A program made the translations under genes and the position numbers. A stretch of 10,863 nt of DNA from Chlamydiota bacterium (lineage in GTDB: Bacteria > Chlamydiota > Chlamydiia > Chlamydiales > SM23-39). Positions 6,130 through 10,863 of this stretch are shown piece by piece. The notes under the pieces were generated by a model, which was not told the origin of the DNA, did no database searches, and worked only from the letters and a program-made list of their open reading frames with translations. The DNA is taken from positions 1 through 10,863 of the forward strand of contig JBEHXF010000057.1 in assembly GCA_048498835.1 (NCBI GenBank). Reading direction: 5' to 3'. The first letter of the stretch is position 1. Every line of letters starts with the position of its first letter.

Positions 6130-7749
6130 ATGAATTTGCCTTCTGAAATCTCTGAACAAACCCCCGAAATTGAAACTGTTTCTGTAAAGGAGACCCCCAT
6201 GGAAAAGAAAGAGATGAGCTCCGCTTACCGTGAGTTCGAGGCCAAACTGGCCGCTCTGCCCACTCCAGAGGAGAAGATTGCGGAGGGACTGAGCTTTATG
6301 CGCTCGTCCATTTCGCAGGAGGGGACGCCTCGCTTCAGAGAGTTCTGGGAGGCAAGAAAGCTCGTGCTCCCTTGCTTTAAAGAGAATATTAATCCTGCTA
6401 TTCGCTCCAAGCTTTGGGGTGAGTATGTAGAGCTGACGGTGGAGGCTCGCCGTTTAAAGGAAATTCTTGAAGAGCAGAGCGCTTTTGCGATCGAGCAGAT
6501 CGATTTAGCGATCGGGGCTTTAGAGAAAGACCGAGAAAATTTTGATGCTTTGCTGGCTCAGACGGGAGAATTATCGTTCCCGGAGCAGTCTCCGACGATT
6601 CAGTCGAAGGGGAAAGTCTACAATCAATTGCAGCGCGAGCTGAATTTATTGAATACGTTGGCTAGCCGCTTGAATGGGTTGCGCAAAGAAGTAGTGAAGA
6701 CCGATATGCGCATCCGGTTTAAGACGAAGTTTTTCAAGCGTCTGTCTGAACTCGGCGATCATATCTTCCCAAAGAGAAAGCAACTGATCGACCAGATCTC
6801 TGGCGAGTTTGAGAAAGATGTCGAGCAATTCGTGGCGAAGCACTTCCAGGGTGGTCAAGTCGTTGGCGCGCCTTACTACGCGTTGAGAGAAGAGATTAAA
6901 GCTCTCCAGGGTATGGCGAAGTTGTTTACGCTGTCGAGCGGTGTATTCAATCGTACGCGCTTGAAGTTGAGCGAGTGCTGGGATCAGATTAAAGTGCTTG
7001 AGAAAGAGCACAAGAAAGAAGTGATCGCGAAGAAAGCTGTCTCTTCGGAAAATCGACAAGGCGTTGAGAAGAAAATTGAAGAGCTCAAGACAAAAGCGGC
7101 TGAGATGAACTTAGCTGATTTGGATAAGGCGATTGATGAGGTTTCGAAAGAGATGCGTCAAATCGATCTCCATCGCGACGATGTTCGCTTCTTGAGAGAT
7201 GAATTGTCGAAACTCAGAACGCCTCATATTGCGGCGCAAGAAGAGAAAGCGAAAGCGCTCGAAGAAGCGGAAAAAGAGAAGCTCAAAGCGAAGAGAGAAA
7301 GGATCGTCTTAGTCAAAGAGCGAATTGGTCAGCTGGTTCGAGAAGGCGCTCACATGGAATTCGATGCGTTCTTGCGATCGGTCGAGGAACTCCAAACTGA
7401 GATCAAGGCGTTAGAAGCGAATAAAATGGATCAGCAGCAGATCGAGCGTTCGATGCGTCAGCTGAGAGATTTAGTCGCTGATCGCAAAGAGCACTCTTTG
7501 TTGAATTTGAGCGAGGGTGATCGACAAGCGCTGGATAATCTCCGTGTGGTTTTGCAGCAGAAGAAAGCGCGCCGTCAAGAGATCAAAGATCAGCTCGAAT
7601 CCTATCGCAGAGCGTTGGGTAGTTCCGGTCTCGATTTCGAGAAGGGAATGATGTACCAAGAGCTCGTAGAACAAGAGAAAGAGCGGCTTGAAAAAGCCAA
7701 CGCTGGTATCGAAGAAATTGAGCAAAAGATCCGCGAACTTGAAGGTTAA
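6130..7749 (+). CDS. Conserved chlamydial coiled-coil hypothetical protein (CT768-like)
   Basis: 539 aa, E/K/L-rich and helical. Motifs EEKI..., FWEARKLVLPCF, LWGEYVELTVEARRLK, QIDLAI and RLKLSECWDQIK match my recollection of C. trachomatis CT768, and the position shortly after miaA is consistent. Confidence 0.8.
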   Translation: MNLPSEISEQTPEIETVSVKETPMEKKEMSSAYREFEAKLAALPTPEEKIAEGLSFMRSSISQEGTPRFREFWEARKLVLPCFKENINPAIRSKLWGEYVELTVEARRLKEILEEQSAFAIEQIDLAIGALEKDRENFDALLAQTGELSFPEQSPTIQSKGKVYNQLQRELNLLNTLASRLNGLRKEVVKTDMRIRFKTKFFKRLSELGDHIFPKRKQLIDQISGEFEKDVEQFVAKHFQGGQVVGAPYYALREEIKALQGMAKLFTLSSGVFNRTRLKLSECWDQIKVLEKEHKKEVIAKKAVSSENRQGVEKKIEELKTKAAEMNLADLDKAIDEVSKEMRQIDLHRDDVRFLRDELSKLRTPHIAAQEEKAKALEEAEKEKLKAKRERIVLVKERIGQLVREGAHMEFDAFLRSVEELQTEIKALEANKMDQQQIERSMRQLRDLVADRKEHSLLNLSEGDRQALDNLRVVLQQKKARRQEIKDQLESYRRALGSSGLDFEKGMMYQELVEQEKERLEKANAGIEEIEQKIRELEG

Positions 7750-8365
7750 TATCGTCGATTTGGACCGGACGCTGATCCGGACCTCTCTTTCGTTTAGTTT
7801 TTACTTTTTCCTGATCAAAGAAGGGATCGTCTCTCGAGCTACATTGGCTCAGACGGTCCCTTTGTATATCCGCTTTGGTTTGGGATGGGTCGATATGATC
7901 GGCTTGCATCATGAATCGTTTCGGATTGTCTTAAAAGGAAAAGATCGTCGCGCGCTGGAAGCGGCGGCGGATCGTTTCATTGTACCATTTGTCAGAAAGT
8001 GGCTCCATCCCGTTGTTTGGAATGAATGTTTGGTGGCTAAAAAACGGGGAGAGGAGATCTGTTTACTCTCTTCTTCTGCTGATTTTTTAGTCGAGCGAGT
8101 GGCGAAATGTTTGGGTTTTCATCGTTGGGCGGGAACCGAATATTCAATTGACAAAGCCGGACGCCTATGCGACATTTTATCTTTAATTACAGGTCCAGGA
8201 AAGTTAAAGACTGCTAAAAGCTGGGCGGAAGGAAGCAATGTTGTTGCCTATTCCGATAGTTCAGATGATTTAGAGTTGCTCTCTTGGGCAGGGCGTGCTG
8301 TTGCCGTCCAGCCGGATCGCGCATTGCGTAAGGTTGCTGTAAAGCGTGGATGGTCGATTATTTAG
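7739..8365 (+). CDS. HAD-superfamily subfamily IB hydrolase (phosphoserine phosphatase-like)
   Basis: Motif I VDLDRTL, motif II LLSSS, motif III Lys (GPGK), motif IV AYSDSSDDLELL. Likely TTG start at 7739, which overlaps the upstream gene by 11 nt and places motif I at the N-terminus; the ORF track start is 7688. Confidence 0.87.
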   Translation: MKVNIVDLDRTLIRTSLSFSFYFFLIKEGIVSRATLAQTVPLYIRFGLGWVDMIGLHHESFRIVLKGKDRRALEAAADRFIVPFVRKWLHPVVWNECLVAKKRGEEICLLSSSADFLVERVAKCLGFHRWAGTEYSIDKAGRLCDILSLITGPGKLKTAKSWAEGSNVVAYSDSSDDLELLSWAGRAVAVQPDRALRKVAVKRGWSII

Positions 8366-8378
8366 GTGAGGGCTTTCG

Positions 8379-10547
8379 ATGAGTAGTAGAATCAGCGCAG
8401 TGCGGACGTTTTCTAAATCTCTGAAAGGAAAAGAGCAGGGAGAGTCGGCGCGACTGTCTTCTCAGTTTGAATCGAGAGTCTTTGATCGCAAAGCGCAAGA
8501 GCTCTTCTTGCCGCAAAAAATTGTTCTCCATTTAGAAGAGGTGCGCGCGGGTAAAGTTCGATTTGACACGAGCTATGCCGATGTGATAGCCGATGCGCTG
8601 AAAAGCTGGGCGACCAAACAGGGCGCGACTCATTACACGCATTGGTTTCAACCGCTAACGGGTATCGGAGCTGAAAAGCAAGATTCGTTCTTGGCTTGGG
8701 ATGGCGAGGGTGGCGCTATCGAACGTTTGAAGGGGAGAGAATTACTCCTGGGCGAGCCCGACGCTTCATCGCTGCCATCGGGCGGATTGAGGGTCACACA
8801 TGCGGCGAGAGGGTATACGAGTTGGGATCCGGCCAGTTTGCCATTTTTATGGGAAGCGGCAGAGGGGCTGACTTTGTGTATTCCGGCTCTTTTTTTCTCC
8901 TGGAAGGGAGAGGCTCTCGACCATAAAATTCCGCTCCTTCGCTCGGATCAGAAATTGTGCGCTGTCGCTTTGCGTTTGCTGGCTTTATGCGGTGAAAAAG
9001 CTACTCAGGTCTTTTCGACGTTGGGCGCTGAGCAAGAATATTTCCTGATCGATCGAGAATTATACTTGTTGAGGCCCGATTTGATTTTAGCGGGCCGAAC
9101 TGTTTTTGGGGCGAAGCCGTCTAAAGGACAAGAGCTAGAAGATCACTACTTTGGCCCGCTGAAAGAGCGGGTGATCGATTTCATGCGCGAATTTGAAGCG
9201 GGTGCTTTGAAATTGGGCATTCCTGTAAAGACGCGTCACAATGAGGTGGCGCCAGCCCAACATGAAGTGGCTCCGCTATTCGAAAAGGCGTCGGTGGCAT
9301 GCGATCACAATACAATGTTGATGGAGCTGATGCGGCAGGCGGCAGGGAATTTAGGCTTGGCTTGTTTGCTTCACGAGAAGCCCTTTGCCGGGATCAACGG
9401 ATCGGGCAAACACAATAACTGGTCACTGGCGACTGATACGGGAATCAATTTACTCAATCCAAAAGCGGGAAGTTTATTGTTTTTGACGCTGTTAACGGCG
9501 ATCTTGCGGGGTGTTCATGAGCATGCGGCTTTGCTTCGGGCTTCCATCGCGTCAGCCGGAAACGATCATCGATTGGGCGGTTCAGAAGCTCCTCCGACGA
9601 TTTTGTCGGTCTTTTTGGGCGATGCGCTAGAAAAGATCGTGACGAGCGTGGTCGAGGGGAAAGAGCCGGTGGAAGAGCAGGCTCGCAAAATCGATTTAGG
9701 ATTGCATCATTTACCGCTCCACGATGCGGATGCATCGGATCGGAACCGGACTTCGTTTTTTGCGTTTACGGGGAATAAATTTGAGTTTCGCGCTGTGGGT
9801 TCATCGGCCTCTTGCGCCTGGCCGATTACGACGATCAACGCAATTGTCGCAGACAGTTTAGCTTTGATTTTAGATGAGATAGCCGATGCGGTGAAAGATC
9901 GTAAGAACTTGAGTGAAAAGAAGCGGCTTGAGTTGGCATTGCCGGTGTTGCGTAAGCATCTGAAAGGGGCTTTGCCGGTCTGTTTTTCAGGAGATGGCTA
10001 TTCCAAGTTGTGGCATGAGGAGGCCGAAAAGCGGGGGTTGCCGAATATTCAGCGCAGCTTTCACGCATTTGAGCTGTTTGGCGATAAGAAAACGATTCGG
10101 ATCTTCGAGGAGATTTTAAGCGAACATGAGTTGGAAAGCCGCTCGGAAATTGCCTATGAGCAATATGCGAAGCAGATGGCTGTTGAAACAAATGTAATGC
10201 TTGAGTTGTTTGCGACCAAGGTTTTGCCTGCGGGACAAAAAGATCTCTATACGAGGGCGGCTGGTTTGCGGAAGTTGGGCCAAATGGGCGTCAGCTCGAA
10301 AGCGCAGGCGGCGGTCATAGAGAGATTGAGCGAAGTGATCGACAGCGCCATTGAAGCAGCTGAGAAGTTGGATGTGGTGCGGGGGCAGGCGGCCGATTTG
10401 GGATGGGAGGCGAAGGCGCGAGTTTATTGCGAGGTGGTCGCTCCCAAGATGCTGGAGCTGCGCGGTTGGGTCGATCGATTGGAGACGTTGATTGATGACG
10501 AGCTGTGGCCTTTACCAAAATATCGAGAATTGTTGTTTTTAGTATGA
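8379..10547 (+). CDS. glnA: Glutamine synthetase type III
   Basis: 722 aa with GATHYTHWFQPLTG, GEPDASS, EQEYFLID, GQELEDHYFG, HNEVAPAQHE, HEKPFAGINGSGKHNNWS, DHRLGGSEAPP, DRNRTSxFAFTGNKFEFRAVGS and a C-terminal WPLPKYRELLF. RBS-like GGTGAGG upstream. Confidence 0.95.
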   Translation: MSSRISAVRTFSKSLKGKEQGESARLSSQFESRVFDRKAQELFLPQKIVLHLEEVRAGKVRFDTSYADVIADALKSWATKQGATHYTHWFQPLTGIGAEKQDSFLAWDGEGGAIERLKGRELLLGEPDASSLPSGGLRVTHAARGYTSWDPASLPFLWEAAEGLTLCIPALFFSWKGEALDHKIPLLRSDQKLCAVALRLLALCGEKATQVFSTLGAEQEYFLIDRELYLLRPDLILAGRTVFGAKPSKGQELEDHYFGPLKERVIDFMREFEAGALKLGIPVKTRHNEVAPAQHEVAPLFEKASVACDHNTMLMELMRQAAGNLGLACLLHEKPFAGINGSGKHNNWSLATDTGINLLNPKAGSLLFLTLLTAILRGVHEHAALLRASIASAGNDHRLGGSEAPPTILSVFLGDALEKIVTSVVEGKEPVEEQARKIDLGLHHLPLHDADASDRNRTSFFAFTGNKFEFRAVGSSASCAWPITTINAIVADSLALILDEIADAVKDRKNLSEKKRLELALPVLRKHLKGALPVCFSGDGYSKLWHEEAEKRGLPNIQRSFHAFELFGDKKTIRIFEEILSEHELESRSEIAYEQYAKQMAVETNVMLELFATKVLPAGQKDLYTRAAGLRKLGQMGVSSKAQAAVIERLSEVIDSAIEAAEKLDVVRGQAADLGWEAKARVYCEVVAPKMLELRGWVDRLETLIDDELWPLPKYRELLFLV

Positions 10548-10863
10548 AAACAGTTGGTTTTTTTGGTGGAAGCTTTGATCCGGTCCATTTCGGGCATCTC
10601 AATTTAGCGATTGAAATGTTGGAAAAGGGGAGATTGGATGAGGTGTTATTTTGTCCCGCTTGGTGTTCTCCCTTTAAATTGGATCGTAAGCCCGCTGTAA
10701 GTGGGGAGCATCGTTTTGAGATGCTGCGTGGAGTCTTGACCGATGTGCCTGGATGTGAAGTAACACCGATTGAGGTGGAGAGGGAAGGGCCCTCATTTAC
10801 GGTGGATACTTTGCGCCGGCTGCAGAAGGATGGGGTTCAGTATCGACTCATTTTGTCTACTGA
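10544..10863 (+). CDS. nadD: Nicotinate-nucleotide adenylyltransferase, 5' part (runs off the window end)
   Basis: Not in the ORF track. Hand translation gives MKTVGFFGGSFDPVHFGHLNLAIEMLEKGRLDEVLFCPAWCSPFK...HRFEML...IEVEREGPSFTVDTLRRL, with the GGSFDP, HxGH and SF/YTVDT motifs. The ATG overlaps the glnA stop (ATGA). Confidence 0.93.
   Translation, partial: MKTVGFFGGSFDPVHFGHLNLAIEMLEKGRLDEVLFCPAWCSPFKLDRKPAVSGEHRFEMLRGVLTDVPGCEVTPIEVEREGPSFTVDTLRRLQKDGVQYRLILST

Noticed and set aside
5743..7912. Minus-strand ORFs 5743-6036, 6225-6410, 6646-7059, 7471-7725, 7583-7912
   Set aside because: Antisense shadows of miaA, the CT768-like gene and the HAD gene.
8696..10602. ORFs 8696-8926(+), 9454-9735(-), 9835-10191(-), 10315-10602(-)
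   Set aside because: Alternative-frame or antisense ORFs within glnA/nadD with no independent support.
10861..10863. Terminal TGA as a possible premature nadD stop
   Set aside because: It is out of frame (…TCT ACT GA), so nadD is simply cut by the window edge and is not a pseudogene.

Overview
Bacterial genomic window, most likely from an environmental (non-Chlamydiaceae) member of Chlamydiota. The evidence is the + strand block KH-domain protein, RsbV2-like STAS protein, miaA and a CT768-like coiled-coil protein, which matches my recollection of the C. trachomatis CT763/CT765/CT766/CT768 neighbourhood. That block continues as a tightly coupled run of a HAD-IB hydrolase, a type III glutamine synthetase and nadD (truncated by the window end). 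The left part (about 1-3950) is more AT-rich and looks accessory. On the minus strand it carries a class I SAM methyltransferase, two overlapping paralogous four-TM membrane proteins of unknown function, and a signal-peptide-bearing DUF2059-like/thioredoxin fusion with a non-canonical FCAPC site. The start codon of the first membrane gene is buried in an 11-bp hairpin. A small monocistronic Ala/Gly-rich hydrophobic (Inc-like) gene sits at the boundary. The best candidate for an undescribed system is the methyltransferase plus paired membrane-protein cassette. No RNA genes, CRISPR arrays or transposases were seen. All family assignments come from motif recognition by eye; no searches were run.
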